Positions 38,181 through 48,364 of a DNA stretch of 63,955 nucleotides are shown in pieces (position 1 is the first letter of the stretch; each line of letters starts with the position of its first letter). This DNA comes from Acidobacteriota bacterium. GTDB lineage: Bacteria > Acidobacteriota > UBA4820 > DSQY01. The position numbers and the translations under genes are program-made. A model generated the notes under the pieces. The model was not told the DNA's origin, did no database searches, and worked only from the letters and a program-made list of their open reading frames with translations. The stretch spans positions 1 to 63,955 of the forward strand of contig JBMFSH010000015.1 in assembly GCA_049967655.1 (NCBI GenBank), given 5' to 3'.

Positions 38181-40586
38181 TCACCGGCGTTTCTTGCGCG
38201 CTTTGGAGGGCGCTTCGCCCCCCCGGGCCTTGGCCTTGCCCCTTCGCCTGAGATCGGCGAGGCCCGGCAGCGCCGCCCGGAACACCTCCCCCATGTCCTT
38301 GGCCCAGAACAGCTCCAGGGAGCGGGCCACGGACGGAGGGAGCTCCCTCCTCTCGTGGCGGTTGCCGTAGGGAAGGATGACGCGCTGGAGCCCCGCCCTC
38401 TGGGCCGCCAGGAGCTTCTCGCGCAGGCCGCCCACGGGGAGCACCTTGCCCCGCAGGGTGATCTCGCCCGTGAAGGCGGTGTTCCGAGAGACGGTGAGCC
38501 CCGACAGGGTGGAGAGGACGGCCGTGGCGATGGTGATCCCCGCCGAGGGGCCGTCCTTCGGGATGGCCCCCTCCGGCACGTGGACGTGGATATCCTTCTT
38601 GGAGAGCAGCTTGGGATCCATCCCCCACTCCTCGAGGTGCTCCTTGATGTAGGTGAGGGCCGCCTGGGCCGACTCCCGCATCACCTCTCCCAGCTGTCCC
38701 GTGAGGGCCAGGTTGCCGCTGCCGGGGGTGGCCGTGGCCTCCACGAAGAGGAGCTCTCCCCCCGTCTCGGTCCAGGCCAGACCCGTCGCCACCCCGGAGG
38801 CATCGCTTCGGAGGCGCTCCTCCTCCAGGTAGCGCGGGAGTCCCAGGAGCCGCCGCAGCTCCGCCGGCTCGATCCGGAAGGGGCCCTTCCCGCCAGCGGC
38901 CACCTTCCTCGCCAGCTTTCTCAGCACGCTCTCCAGGCCCCGTTCCAGCCCTCTCACGCCAGCCTCCCGGGTGTAGCGGCGGATCAGGGAGAGGATGGCC
39001 GGGTCCGTGACCTCCAGCTCCACCTCCTTGAGGCCGTGGACGGCCTTCTGCTTGGGGAGCAGGTGCCTGCGCGCGATGGCCAGCTTCTCCTCCTCGGTGT
39101 AGCCGGGGAGCTCCAGGATCTCGAGCCGGTCCAGCAGGGCCGGGTGGATGCCGTCGAGCGTGTTGGCCGTGGCGATGAACATGACCTTGGACAGGTCGAA
39201 GGGAAACCCGAGGTAGTGGTCCACGAACTCCCGGTTCTGCTCGGGATCGAGGGCCTCCAGCAGGGCGGAGGAGGGATCTCCCCGCCAGTCCGAGCCCATC
39301 TTGTCCACCTCGTCCAGCACGAACACGGGGTTGATGCTTCCCGCGTTCTTGATGCCCTGGACGATGCGGCCGGGCATGGCCCCCAGGTAGGTCCGTCGGT
39401 GGCCGCGGATCTCCGCTTCGTCGCGCACGCCGCCCAGGGACATGCGCACGAACTTGCGACCGAGGGTCCTGGCGATGGCCCTTCCGAGCGACGTCTTCCC
39501 CACCCCCGGGGGGCCCACGAAGCAGAAGAGCGTACCCGGATGCGTCCCCCTGAGCTTGCAGACCGCAAGGTATTCCAGGATGCGCTCCTTGACCTTCTTG
39601 AGCCCGTAGTGCTCCCGGTCCAGATCCTTCTGGGCTTTGATCAGATCGAGATTGTCGGGGGTCACCACCCCCCAAGGAAGGTCGAAGACCAAGTCGAGAT
39701 AGGCCCGAAGCTGGCTGAGCTCCTCCGAGAAGGGTGAGAACCGCCCCAGCTTGGCGACCTCCTTCTCCAGGATGGCCCGGGCCTCCGGCGAGATGCTCTC
39801 GGACTCCAGCCGCTTGCGGTAGAGGGTCTCGCCGTTGCCCTCGCCTCCCTCCTCGCCCGAGAGCTCGGACTGGATGGCTTCGAGCTGCTGCCGGAGGTAG
39901 TACTCCCGCTGACGCTTGTCCATCTCGTCGCGGGTCTGGCGGTTCAGCCGCTCCTGGATGGCCACGATCTCCATCTCGGCGGAGAGGTACTTTAGAAGGA
40001 GGTTCAGGCGCGCCAGGACGTCGGGCTGTTCCAGGAGGGCCAAGGCCTGGTCGAAGGGGAGCTCCACCTGCGCGGCCACCAGATCGGCCAGCCGCCCTGG
40101 GTCTTGAATGGTGCCCAGGAACTCCCGGACGTCACTCCCGATACCCCTGGGCGTCCCCGAGAGCTGGTCCAGCTTCTCCAGCACGCTGCGCCGGAGGGCC
40201 GCTGAGGTGAGGGTGGAGGTGGGCCCGCTGACGTCCGGCAGGGGCTGAATCTCGGCCCACCGGACCGCGCCCCGCCGCCTGCCGAGGGTGACCCGCACGC
40301 GGACCGCTCCCTGGGCCAGCAGGAGGTCCTCTCCCGCCCCGCCGGGCCCCATGCGCAGGAGTAGGGCCACGACCCCGATGCCCGAAGCCGGCTTCCGCGG
40401 CCCCTTGGGGACCGGAAACAGCACGAGCAGGTCTTCGTTGGCGTGGGCCTCTTCGAGGAGGGCCTTGCTGTCCGGCAACGGCAGCGTGAGGGTCGAGACC
40501 GCGTAGGGAAAGACGACGCGCTCCTCCAGCTCCCAGACGGGAAGACGCCCGGGTATGGCCAGGGGCAGGGCGCTATCTTTGGCCAT
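38181..40586 (-). CDS. lon: Lon protease
   Basis: [41 protein letters not shown]. Confidence 0.96.
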   Translation of the reverse strand: MAKDSALPLAIPGRLPVWELEERVVFPYAVSTLTLPLPDSKALLEEAHANEDLLVLFPVPKGPRKPASGIGVVALLLRMGPGGAGEDLLLAQGAVRVRVTLGRRRGAVRWAEIQPLPDVSGPTSTLTSAALRRSVLEKLDQLSGTPRGIGSDVREFLGTIQDPGRLADLVAAQVELPFDQALALLEQPDVLARLNLLLKYLSAEMEIVAIQERLNRQTRDEMDKRQREYYLRQQLEAIQSELSGEEGGEGNGETLYRKRLESESISPEARAILEKEVAKLGRFSPFSEELSQLRAYLDLVFDLPWGVVTPDNLDLIKAQKDLDREHYGLKKVKERILEYLAVCKLRGTHPGTLFCFVGPPGVGKTSLGRAIARTLGRKFVRMSLGGVRDEAEIRGHRRTYLGAMPGRIVQGIKNAGSINPVFVLDEVDKMGSDWRGDPSSALLEALDPEQNREFVDHYLGFPFDLSKVMFIATANTLDGIHPALLDRLEILELPGYTEEEKLAIARRHLLPKQKAVHGLKEVELEVTDPAILSLIRRYTREAGVRGLERGLESVLRKLARKVAAGGKGPFRIEPAELRRLLGLPRYLEEERLRSDASGVATGLAWTETGGELLFVEATATPGSGNLALTGQLGEVMRESAQAALTYIKEHLEEWGMDPKLLSKKDIHVHVPEGAIPKDGPSAGITIATAVLSTLSGLTVSRNTAFTGEITLRGKVLPVGGLREKLLAAQRAGLQRVILPYGNRHERRELPPSVARSLELFWAKDMGEVFRAALPGLADLRRRGKAKARGGEAPSKARKKRR

Positions 40587-40592
40587 GATGGA

Positions 40593-41042
40593 TCATTCCT
40601 TGACCTGGACGGGAACGCGCGTGACCCGGCCCCTGCGTTCGGGCAGGCGCGGCAGGCGGATGGTGAGGACCCCCGCCGCATACGTGGCGCTGGCCTTGTG
40701 GCTGTCCACCGCGCCCTCCACTTGCAGCCGCCGGGTGAAGGGACCGCGGCTCCGCTCCATCAGGTGGTAGGCCACGATGCCCGAGGCCGGCGTCCGCTCG
40801 TGCTCTCCGCGGATCACGAGGTCGTGCCCCTTCATCTCCACCTGGAGCGAGGTCGGATCAACCCCGGGAAGGTCTACCTCCACGAGAATGGCGTCCGGCA
40901 CCTCCAGGATGTCGTAGGGGGTGGCGAACTCCACCTGGCCCAAGTCCTGATCGCTCTGGAGGTGCTGGAGCGCCTCGAAGAGCTTGTTCATCTCCGACTG
41001 AAGGCGGACCAGTTCGAGAAAGGAAGAGACCATGCTTCGCAT
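40593..41042 (-). CDS. Hsp20/alpha-crystallin small heat shock protein
   Basis: DILE..VDLPGV, ERSRGPFTR, ATYAAGVLTIRLP; start overlaps the nrdR stop. Confidence 0.88.
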   Translation of the reverse strand: MRSMVSSFLELVRLQSEMNKLFEALQHLQSDQDLGQVEFATPYDILEVPDAILVEVDLPGVDPTSLQVEMKGHDLVIRGEHERTPASGIVAYHLMERSRGPFTRRLQVEGAVDSHKASATYAAGVLTIRLPRLPERRGRVTRVPVQVKE

Positions 41043-41512
41043 CAGGCCGGCCCACCTTTGTTGGGTTCCAGAAGGTGCCGTACCTCCTCGAGGAACTCCG
41101 TGATATCCCCGAACTGCCGGTAGACGGAGGCGAAGCGGACGTAGGCCACCTCGTCCAGCACCCGCAGCCTCTCCATGACGAGGTTCCCGATGTCGGTCGT
41201 GGAGACCTCCCGGTCCGCGGCGGTCTGAAGGAGCCCCTCCACCTCCTCCACGATGGTCTCGAGGGCGGAGGTGGGCACGGGACGCTTCTCGCAGGCCTTC
41301 AGCAGGCCGTTCAGGAGCTTGTCCCGATCGAACTTCTCGCGCCTCCCGTCCTTCTTGATCACGCGGTACGGAACGGTCTCGATGCGCTCGTACGAGGTGA
41401 AGCGCCGATGGCACTCCAGGCACTCCCTCCGCCGTCGGATGCTGGTTCCGCCGGAGACCTCGCGAGAGTCCACCACCTTGTCCTCCAGGAAACCGCAGAA
41501 CGGACAGCGCAT
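41042..41512 (-). CDS. nrdR: Transcriptional repressor NrdR
   Basis: MRCPFC..DSR..IRRRRECLEC..RFTSYE, ATP-cone, AYVRFASVY. Confidence 0.97.
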   Translation of the reverse strand: MRCPFCGFLEDKVVDSREVSGGTSIRRRRECLECHRRFTSYERIETVPYRVIKKDGRREKFDRDKLLNGLLKACEKRPVPTSALETIVEEVEGLLQTAADREVSTTDIGNLVMERLRVLDEVAYVRFASVYRQFGDITEFLEEVRHLLEPNKGGPA

Positions 41513-41529
41513 GTCACACCCCCACGGCG

Positions 41530-41558
41530 AGTGTACCCAATGGACCCCCCCCCTTCAA
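41530..41558 (-). promoter_or_regulatory. Sigma70 promoter of nrdR-hsp20-lon
   Basis: TTGAAG-N17-TACACT; shares ATTGGGTACACT with the tRNA-Asn promoter. Confidence 0.55.
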
Positions 41559-41585
41559 GGGCCTTGGCAAGGACCCGGGGCTGGG

Positions 41586-41680
41586 GGTGGAGGGTGGAGA
41601 GGCGAAGGAGTGAGGCTTCACCGGGTTTGAAGCCCCCGATTCTTGGTGCCGTGGTGTCTTGGTGGTGATTCTTTTCTCCC
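41586..41680. repeat. Composite intergenic repeat copy
   Basis: (GGTGGAG)n ... TCTTGGTGCCGTGGTGTCTTGGTGGTGATTCTTTT. Confidence 0.7.
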
Positions 41681-41681
41681 C

Positions 41682-42728
41682 TCACGCCTCCTCGGCCTCC
41701 TCGGCCAGGCGGGACTCCCGGCTGACCTGCCGGAGCTCCTTGAGGTGGACCCTCCCGAGAGCGAGGTAGCCCAGGCCCCAGAGGATGCCCGGGAAGAACA
41801 TGACCGCGTGGCCCACGATGCCCGCCGTCACGCCCATGTCGTCCGTCACGCCGTAGACGCTGACGAGCGCGAGCTGGATCGCCTTATGGACCCCGCCGAT
41901 GCCGCCGGGCGTCGGGATGGCTGCCCCGAAACAGATGAACATCAGAAGCAGGATGGAGGCTCCCCAGGGAAGGCCGAGGTGGAGGGCCTGGATGAGGGCC
42001 CAGGAGGAAGCCGCGATGAGAGACCAGATGACCACGGAGAGGAAGGTGACGTAGAGGATGGTGCGCTTTTTCTGAAAGGTCCCAAGCCCCTCGGCGAACC
42101 GGAGCAGGCTTCTGAGGATCCGAAGGAGGAGGGGATGGCGCCTGAGCCGCTCGTTCCGCCTCACGCCCCTGTCCAGCACCCGGCGCCGCGGCACGAGCCA
42201 GAGCAGGAAGGCCCCGAGGGGCAGGGCGAAGGCCAGCAGCACGTAGGAGAGGTCGGTGAAGACCCTCATGACGGTCCCGCTCTCCGGCGACACGCCGGAC
42301 ATTCCCAGGAAGAGGAAGGTGAACCAGAGCACGACCAGCGCCACGAGGTCCATCCCGCGCTCCAGGACCACCGACACCATGAGAGGCCCGAAGGGGAGCT
42401 TCTCCCAGCGCGACAGCAGGTAGGGCTTGGCCACCTCGCCCAGGCGGCCGGGGACGAGGCCGGACATGGTGAAGGAGACCACGGTCGCCTTCAGCAGGGG
42501 GGCGTAGGGAACGTGTTCCTTCACGGATTTCAACATGACGCCCCAGCGGAAGGCCCTGAGCAGGATGGAGAGGACCTCCAGGAGGACGGCGGCCGCCACC
42601 CAGGCCGGGGCCGCCTCCCGGGTCTCGTGAAGGACGGTCTTGAAATCCGCTTTGGCGAAAAAGAGGTAGAGGAGGCCGGCCGCTAGCAGCAGGCTGAGGA
42701 TCCAGGTGTAGGCTGGCCTCCACCTCAC
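41682..42728 (-). CDS. Lysylphosphatidylglycerol synthase TM-domain (UPF0104) flippase-like protein
   Basis: RAFRW, PGRLGEVAK, ERGMD, PTPGGIG; multiple TM helices. Confidence 0.88.
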   Translation of the reverse strand: MRWRPAYTWILSLLLAAGLLYLFFAKADFKTVLHETREAAPAWVAAAVLLEVLSILLRAFRWGVMLKSVKEHVPYAPLLKATVVSFTMSGLVPGRLGEVAKPYLLSRWEKLPFGPLMVSVVLERGMDLVALVVLWFTFLFLGMSGVSPESGTVMRVFTDLSYVLLAFALPLGAFLLWLVPRRRVLDRGVRRNERLRRHPLLLRILRSLLRFAEGLGTFQKKRTILYVTFLSVVIWSLIAASSWALIQALHLGLPWGASILLLMFICFGAAIPTPGGIGGVHKAIQLALVSVYGVTDDMGVTAGIVGHAVMFFPGILWGLGYLALGRVHLKELRQVSRESRLAEEAEEA

Positions 42729-43381
42729 GACGCGACCTCCCGCAACTCCTCGGGAGCGCTGGAGGTGATCCGGTCGGCACCGCCCGCGAAGTAGCGTTCC
42801 GCCAGCCCAGGGTCTTGAACGTCCTCTCCCACCAGGAGGCCAATCTTGCGGCTGAGCCGCCTCCGGACGGAGTCTACCCCAGCCGGCCCGAGGGCGGGCG
42901 GGAAAGAGCCGCTGGAGGGCACCAGGAAGGCGGGGCGGCAGTCCCTCAGGACCCGAATCAGCACCAGGGCGGCCTCGTCGGGAAGGCGGCCAAACTCCAC
43001 CACGAAACGGACCTCAATCTCGGGGGCCGTCTCCACGAGGGCCCTCATCTCGCGCTCCAGGAGAACCGCATCTCCTTGGGCGAGGAGATGGGGGCTGAGC
43101 ACCACCGACGCGGCCTTCGCCCCGAGCCGGACGCACTCCAGAAGCCCCATCCGCTTGTTGGCCAGGGTGTCGCCCCCGTTGGGGAAGGAGATCGCTCCCG
43201 CCACGTCGAACCCCACAAAAGCCGAGGACCCGAGGGCCTCCAGGAGGCCCGGGTAGGCCACCACCCTCTGAACCCCCAGCTCATGCCAGGCTTCCAGGCG
43301 GCGGCGGGCTTCGGATAGGGACAGGGCGGAATCCAGGAGGCTGGCCTCCACCCTGGAGAGGATCGGCTCGTCCATCGTCAT
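42725..43381 (-). CDS. DeoC-like aldolase-fold protein lacking catalytic residues
   Basis: ISFPNG, LGA..VV, FVVE, AFLVPSSG and GGADRITSS are colinear with DeoC; the Schiff-base Lys is absent. Confidence 0.75.
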   Translation of the reverse strand: MTMDEPILSRVEASLLDSALSLSEARRRLEAWHELGVQRVVAYPGLLEALGSSAFVGFDVAGAISFPNGGDTLANKRMGLLECVRLGAKAASVVLSPHLLAQGDAVLLEREMRALVETAPEIEVRFVVEFGRLPDEAALVLIRVLRDCRPAFLVPSSGSFPPALGPAGVDSVRRRLSRKIGLLVGEDVQDPGLAERYFAGGADRITSSAPEELREVAS

Positions 43382-43388
43382 CGGTGAT

Positions 43389-43907
43389 TTATCGCCCGGG
43401 CGCCCAGGGCTGCCTGACCAGGGTCTTCAGTTCCTGAGGAGTGAGGAGATCCTTTGCCTTCAGGAGCATGTAGAGGTTCTCCCCCACCTTCACGATGCCC
43501 TCTAGGAAGTCCAGGTTTTCCGAAGCCGGCATCTCCGGGGAGGGCTTGATGTCGTCCGCCCTGACCCGGAACACCTCCAAAACAGAGTCCACCAGCAACC
43601 CCAGGGGTTTGGCCCCGGGAAGCATGACCACGATCCGGCCCCTCTTGGTGTCCACGCCCCCGAGCCCGAGCCGCTCCTTGAGGTCCATGAGCGGAAGGAT
43701 CTCTCCCCTCAGGTCCACGAGCCCTTTGACGAAGACGGGGACCTTGGGAAGCGAGTAGATCCGCGGAATCCTCAGGATCTCCCGGACCGCCGTCACGTCC
43801 AGGCCGTAGCTCTGATCCCCCACGGCGAAGCCGAGGAAGGTCCGCTCCGGAGCCTCCTCGGCGTGCTCCTTCTTGAAGTGAAAGAGGCTCGTCGCGAACT
43901 GAGCCAT
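43389..43907 (-). CDS. cheW: Chemotaxis coupling protein
   Basis: YGLDVTAVREIL, LPKVPVFVKGLVDLRGEILPLMDL, GLLVDSV. Confidence 0.93.
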   Translation of the reverse strand: MAQFATSLFHFKKEHAEEAPERTFLGFAVGDQSYGLDVTAVREILRIPRIYSLPKVPVFVKGLVDLRGEILPLMDLKERLGLGGVDTKRGRIVVMLPGAKPLGLLVDSVLEVFRVRADDIKPSPEMPASENLDFLEGIVKVGENLYMLLKAKDLLTPQELKTLVRQPWAPGR

Positions 43908-43911
43908 GCCC

Positions 43912-46068
43912 TCATTCCTCGATCTGGAACTGGCTGATCACCCGGGCCACCTCCTCCGCGCGCTGCGAGAGGGATTCCACCTGTCCCGTCGCCTCCCGGA
44001 TGCTGGCGAGGTTGGAACGGCTGGCGGAGGCGAAATCCTCCATGACCCGCTCCACCTCCTTGCCGGCCCGCCCCTGGGCCTGGTTCTGAGCCAGCACCTC
44101 GGCCACCGCCGCGGTGAGCCGGTCCATGGCCTGGCGGATCAGCGCGGAGCCCTCGCTCTGCTCCGAGGTGGCCCGCTTCATCTCCTCGGAAAGCGAGCGG
44201 ATGCGATCCATGGCCTCGATAATCTGCTGGCTGCCCAGCGACTGCTCTTTGGTCCCCCGCCGCAGGTGCTGGGCGAGGTCCCTGAGCTTCTCCGTGGAAC
44301 GGACGATGCCCAGGGTACCCTTGGCTTGCTCGGTGGTGGCGCGGGCGATCTCCTGGACCATTTGGAGGGAGGTTCGCACGGCCTCCTGGATGCGGTCGAA
44401 GGTCTTTCGGGTCTCGCCGGTCACCGCCACGCTGTTGTCCACGAGGGACCGCTGGGAGTTCACCGTCTCCACCGCCTGGCGGACGTCGTGCTGGACGGCG
44501 TCGATGAGGCCCGCGATCTCCCGCGTCGAGACGGAGGTCTTGCCGGCCAGCTCCTTGATCTCCTGAGCCACCACGGCGAAGGCCTTGCCGTGTTCGCCCG
44601 CCTGGGCCGCGATGATGGCCGCGTTGAGCGCCAGCAGGTGGGTCTGTTCCATTACCTCGTCGATGACCTGCAGGATGTTCCCCACCTCCTCGCTGCGCTT
44701 TCCCAGGAGCTTCATGACGCCCGTGGTCGCCTCGAAGGAGACCTGGAGCTTCTGGATGGTCTCGCTGGAGTGCTGGGCAGCCTGGTTTCCCGCCTGGGCT
44801 TCGGAGGCCACCAGCTCCGTCGCCTTCCGGGTCGCGATGGCGTTCTCCTCGATCTGCCGGATGCTGCTCTCCATCTCGTTCATGGCGGCGGAGGTCTCCT
44901 CCACAAAGGTGTTCAGGGTCTCGGCCGAGGAGTCGATCTGCCGGATGCCCGCCACGTTCTGGGAGAGCGTGCTCGCCACCGTGTTCACCGCGTCGTTCAG
45001 CCCCTCCGTGTTGGCCGCGATCTCGTCGATGCTGGCGATCATCTCCAGCACCGACGAGCTCACCTCCTCGGCGAGCTGGGAGAGGTCCTCCATCAATCGG
45101 GAGACCTGCTGGACGGCCTTCTGGATGGAGTCCACCTGGCTCTGCACCTGGTGCGTGGAGGCCTCCTGGTTCTGCGTGTTGGCCAGGGTGGCGGTCAGGT
45201 GACGGCTCACGTTCTGCGTCCCCTCCTCCACCCGCCGGAAGGCGTCCCGGATCTTCCGGATCATCTGACTCAGGTTGCCGGCCATGCCCTCGAAGGAGGC
45301 CACGAGCCTGCCCAGTTCGTCCTGCCGGGTCATCCTCCCCCTGAAGCCGGTCAGCTTGCCTCCCGCCACCTGCGAGGCGTACTCCGTCAGCACCCCCAGC
45401 GGGGCCATGAGGTAGCGCACCACGACCACGGAGATCGCGGCTCCCACCAGGAGGGTCAACAACACCACTAGGAGGCCGAAGCCAAGGTAGCCGCGCCGGA
45501 GCTGGGCCAGGGGGCCCAGCCCCACCACCAGCCGAAGCTCCCCTAAGGAGGCGGCCTGGGCTGGAGCAGCCGGGGTCGAGGGTTCGAAGCCCAGCTCGCC
45601 CGTCGATCCGGCGAGCGCGGCCTGCGCCTGGACGATGGGGGCCCTCACCAAAAGCACCTGTCCCGCGGGGGAGCTCACCAACTCCACGCTGGCCCGCTGA
45701 ACCAGACCGCCGAGAGCCTGGGTGGGGGCCGATTTGAGGGTTCCCCCCGATTCCAGCACCTTTCCCTTCGCGTCGGCGTACTCCACCCAGAGGAGATTGG
45801 GATCCGCCTTCAGCATGGCCGCCTCGGTATTCTTGAGGTTGCTCCTGTTGAACTGGATATCGTACGCGGAGAGGGAGGCCACCATGTCCCCCAGGCTCCG
45901 GTAGGAGTTCTCCATCTGGCCGAGCGACACCGAGCGGGCCTGGAGGTAGAAGACCACGGCCAGCACGGTGGCCCCCACGAGAAGGAGAGTCCCCAACATG
46001 GCCATGAGCTGGTTCTTGATGCTCCCCCGGAGCGGGGCCGCCACGAGCCCCGCCAAGCCCTTATTCAT
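43912..46068 (-). CDS. Methyl-accepting chemotaxis protein (2 TM, HAMP, long signalling domain)
   Basis: HAMP DELGRL; hairpin tip QTHLLALNAAIIAAQAGEHGKAFAVVAQEIKELA. Confidence 0.93.
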   Translation of the reverse strand: MNKGLAGLVAAPLRGSIKNQLMAMLGTLLLVGATVLAVVFYLQARSVSLGQMENSYRSLGDMVASLSAYDIQFNRSNLKNTEAAMLKADPNLLWVEYADAKGKVLESGGTLKSAPTQALGGLVQRASVELVSSPAGQVLLVRAPIVQAQAALAGSTGELGFEPSTPAAPAQAASLGELRLVVGLGPLAQLRRGYLGFGLLVVLLTLLVGAAISVVVVRYLMAPLGVLTEYASQVAGGKLTGFRGRMTRQDELGRLVASFEGMAGNLSQMIRKIRDAFRRVEEGTQNVSRHLTATLANTQNQEASTHQVQSQVDSIQKAVQQVSRLMEDLSQLAEEVSSSVLEMIASIDEIAANTEGLNDAVNTVASTLSQNVAGIRQIDSSAETLNTFVEETSAAMNEMESSIRQIEENAIATRKATELVASEAQAGNQAAQHSSETIQKLQVSFEATTGVMKLLGKRSEEVGNILQVIDEVMEQTHLLALNAAIIAAQAGEHGKAFAVVAQEIKELAGKTSVSTREIAGLIDAVQHDVRQAVETVNSQRSLVDNSVAVTGETRKTFDRIQEAVRTSLQMVQEIARATTEQAKGTLGIVRSTEKLRDLAQHLRRGTKEQSLGSQQIIEAMDRIRSLSEEMKRATSEQSEGSALIRQAMDRLTAAVAEVLAQNQAQGRAGKEVERVMEDFASASRSNLASIREATGQVESLSQRAEEVARVISQFQIEE

Positions 46069-46975
46069 AGGTGGTCTCCGCGTTGATCTTGGAAATGTTG
46101 ATCTTCAGTGCGCCCGCGGTCCCCTTGTTGATCACGGTGGTAAAGGTGGAGGGCTCCACCACTCGGTCCTGGGGAGGCTTCCCCGCCAGTATCTGCTGGA
46201 CCACCTTAGCGGCATGGCTTCCCACGGCCTCCGGCGGGAAGGTGACGGCGCAGAGGGCGCCCGAGGACACCATGGACTCGGTCAGGGCCACGGGGAGGAT
46301 TTTCGCGTCCACGCACTGGGAAATCAGGTAGCGCAGGGCATCGGGATTGGCCGTGAGGGGGTCGGGCAGGAGCAGGAGGATCTTGAACTGGTCCTTGACG
46401 GCCTGGAAGGCGCCCTGGAGATCGCCGGCGGAGGCCACCGCCTTGGACTGGGCTTCGAAGCCGGCGGAGTTGAGGGCCGTGACCAGCGATGAGACCGAAG
46501 CCATGATGGATTGCGAGTGGAACACCACCAGGCTCTTGCTGCGGCTCATCTGCCTCACGAGGGAGGCCAGCCCCTTGGGCGGGCCGAGGGAGTCGATACC
46601 CACCATCTTCGGATCGCCGGTCAGACCCTCCACTTCGGGGTAGTAGACCATGCCGTACACGATCCACGCGGTAGGCAGGACTTGGCGAACCTTCTTCGCG
46701 GCGTAGGAGCCCACCGCGAACACCACGTCCGGGTTCTCCGCCTTGAGAGCCGCCAGGGCCGCGTCGTCGGCCGCGGTCCCGTCCAGTTCCACCACCTTAG
46801 GGCTGAAGCCGGGCAGTTGGACGGTGTAGGCCATCTGCATGAAACCGGCCTCGGCCCCCTTGAAGGCCTGAACCCCCGTCCGCGACACGATGACCACCCC
46901 TCCCGCCACGGTGGAATGGGCGCCGGCCAATACGGCAATCACGGCCACCGCCACGATCATCCAGTGTCTTGCCAT
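46061..46975 (-). CDS. ABC-type substrate-binding protein (ABC_sub_bind-like)
   Basis: Signal peptide; PDVVFAVG, LLLPD, GAL, INKGTAGALKI; SD GGAGG before ATG 46975; overlaps the MCP start. Confidence 0.8.
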   Translation of the reverse strand: MARHWMIVAVAVIAVLAGAHSTVAGGVVIVSRTGVQAFKGAEAGFMQMAYTVQLPGFSPKVVELDGTAADDAALAALKAENPDVVFAVGSYAAKKVRQVLPTAWIVYGMVYYPEVEGLTGDPKMVGIDSLGPPKGLASLVRQMSRSKSLVVFHSQSIMASVSSLVTALNSAGFEAQSKAVASAGDLQGAFQAVKDQFKILLLLPDPLTANPDALRYLISQCVDAKILPVALTESMVSSGALCAVTFPPEAVGSHAAKVVQQILAGKPPQDRVVEPSTFTTVINKGTAGALKINISKINAETTYE

Positions 46976-47008
46976 TGCCACCTCCAGGCGCTGAATTTTG
47001 TTAGAGTA

Positions 47009-48364
47009 TCACTCGCCCCAAGGCAGGTCAACGAAGACGCGCCTCGCAGAGCCTACCATGACGAGACCCGGGGAACCCGGGACCCTCCGGAGGTGCTTGC
47101 ACTGCGAGACCAGCACGGCCACCGTGCTCCCGGGCTTGGCTCCGCTGTGCTCGGCGGCGTACCGGGCCGCGGCCTGCTCCACGTCGTGGGCCAGCTTCTC
47201 CAGCCGGCGGGGATTTTTCACCACCACGTGGCACCCGTGGTAGTCCTCGGCGTGAAACCAGAAGTCCGAACCCCTGCCCATCCGGAAGCTGACGTGGTCG
47301 TTCGCCTGGGCGTTCTTTCCCGCGTACCCCGTATACTCCTGCGGCAGCGGAACCGTCGCCACGCCCGGAGGGAGCTCTCTTCGGCGCTGCGGCGCCGGCC
47401 TGGACGAGACGCGTTCGGAGCCCGGAAAGAGCCTAGCCAGGTCCTCACAGCCCTCCAGGCCGGCCCGCTCGGCGCCCAGCGCCTGCAAGCCGCTTTCGAC
47501 GAGTGCCAGGATCCGTCCCGTCTCCCGGAGCCGCGCCCGGCCCTTCTGGGCCCTTTTGAAGAGGAGCTGGGCATTCTCGAGAACGGTCCTGGCCGGATCC
47601 AACCCGACCGTCACCTCCCGCGGCGGGTCGCAGCTGTAGTCCGTCACCCGCCGCGAACTCTCTCCCCGCCGGTTGAGCCCACCCGAGGCCAGCAGCGCCT
47701 GGGCCTGCCCCGAAAGGGCCGCCCAAAGCTCACCCTCCTTCCGGTCCCCGAGCACCGCCTCCCGTCTTCGGCGCAGGGCCTTCTCGCGCCTCGCGAGGGC
47801 GGCCAGGGCGGCGCGGCGGCCGCGCTCCAGGAGCCCCGCCCTCAGTTCCTCGGGACCCCGTCCCGCGAGGTACCCGCTGGCATCCCCGAGGGGCGGTGCC
47901 TCCTCGGCCCGCTCCCTCCGGCCTGGAGGCGGAAGCCAAAAGCTCCCGGGCTGTCCGGTGCGGAACTCGCCTCCCAAGACCCTCGCCGCCCAGAGGATGC
48001 GCCGCTCCTCCCCGAGGAGAAGGCAGTTTCCAGAGCGGCCCAGTGGCTCCCACACCAGCGAAGCGGCCTCCGTGCCCGACAGAGCCACCGTCAGCAGAGG
48101 CTCGCCCGGCAGGCTCGCAACGCCGAGGATCCGCGCGGAGGCGAGGTGGGTCTTGAGCACGTCGGGCGGCGTACCCTTGGGCCAGGCCCAGGAGCAGAGG
48201 CCCACGGCGGGACGAGAGGGCTCCCAGCACAACCCCAGCGTGGCTCCGTCCTGGAGCTGAAGTCCCAGACTCCAGGCGTCGGGCCGGCGGACGTGCTGGA
48301 TCCGCAGCCCCCGCAGTCGTTCGTCGAGGAGCCGGGCCACCGCCTCGGCCAGAGCCGGGTTCAT
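47009..48364 (-). CDS. NFACT/RqcH family ribosome quality-control protein
   Basis: EPLGRSGN, LDP..ENAQLLFKRAQK, GKNAQAND, WFHAEDYHGCHVV, PGLV. Confidence 0.85.
   Translation of the reverse strand: MNPALAEAVARLLDERLRGLRIQHVRRPDAWSLGLQLQDGATLGLCWEPSRPAVGLCSWAWPKGTPPDVLKTHLASARILGVASLPGEPLLTVALSGTEAASLVWEPLGRSGNCLLLGEERRILWAARVLGGEFRTGQPGSFWLPPPGRRERAEEAPPLGDASGYLAGRGPEELRAGLLERGRRAALAALARREKALRRRREAVLGDRKEGELWAALSGQAQALLASGGLNRRGESSRRVTDYSCDPPREVTVGLDPARTVLENAQLLFKRAQKGRARLRETGRILALVESGLQALGAERAGLEGCEDLARLFPGSERVSSRPAPQRRRELPPGVATVPLPQEYTGYAGKNAQANDHVSFRMGRGSDFWFHAEDYHGCHVVVKNPRRLEKLAHDVEQAAARYAAEHSGAKPGSTVAVLVSQCKHLRRVPGSPGLVMVGSARRVFVDLPWGE

Noticed and set aside
42725..43381. Functional deoC, or a pseudogene
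   Set aside because: Catalytic residues are missing, so not a functional DeoC; the frame is full-length and coupled to its neighbours, so not an evident pseudogene
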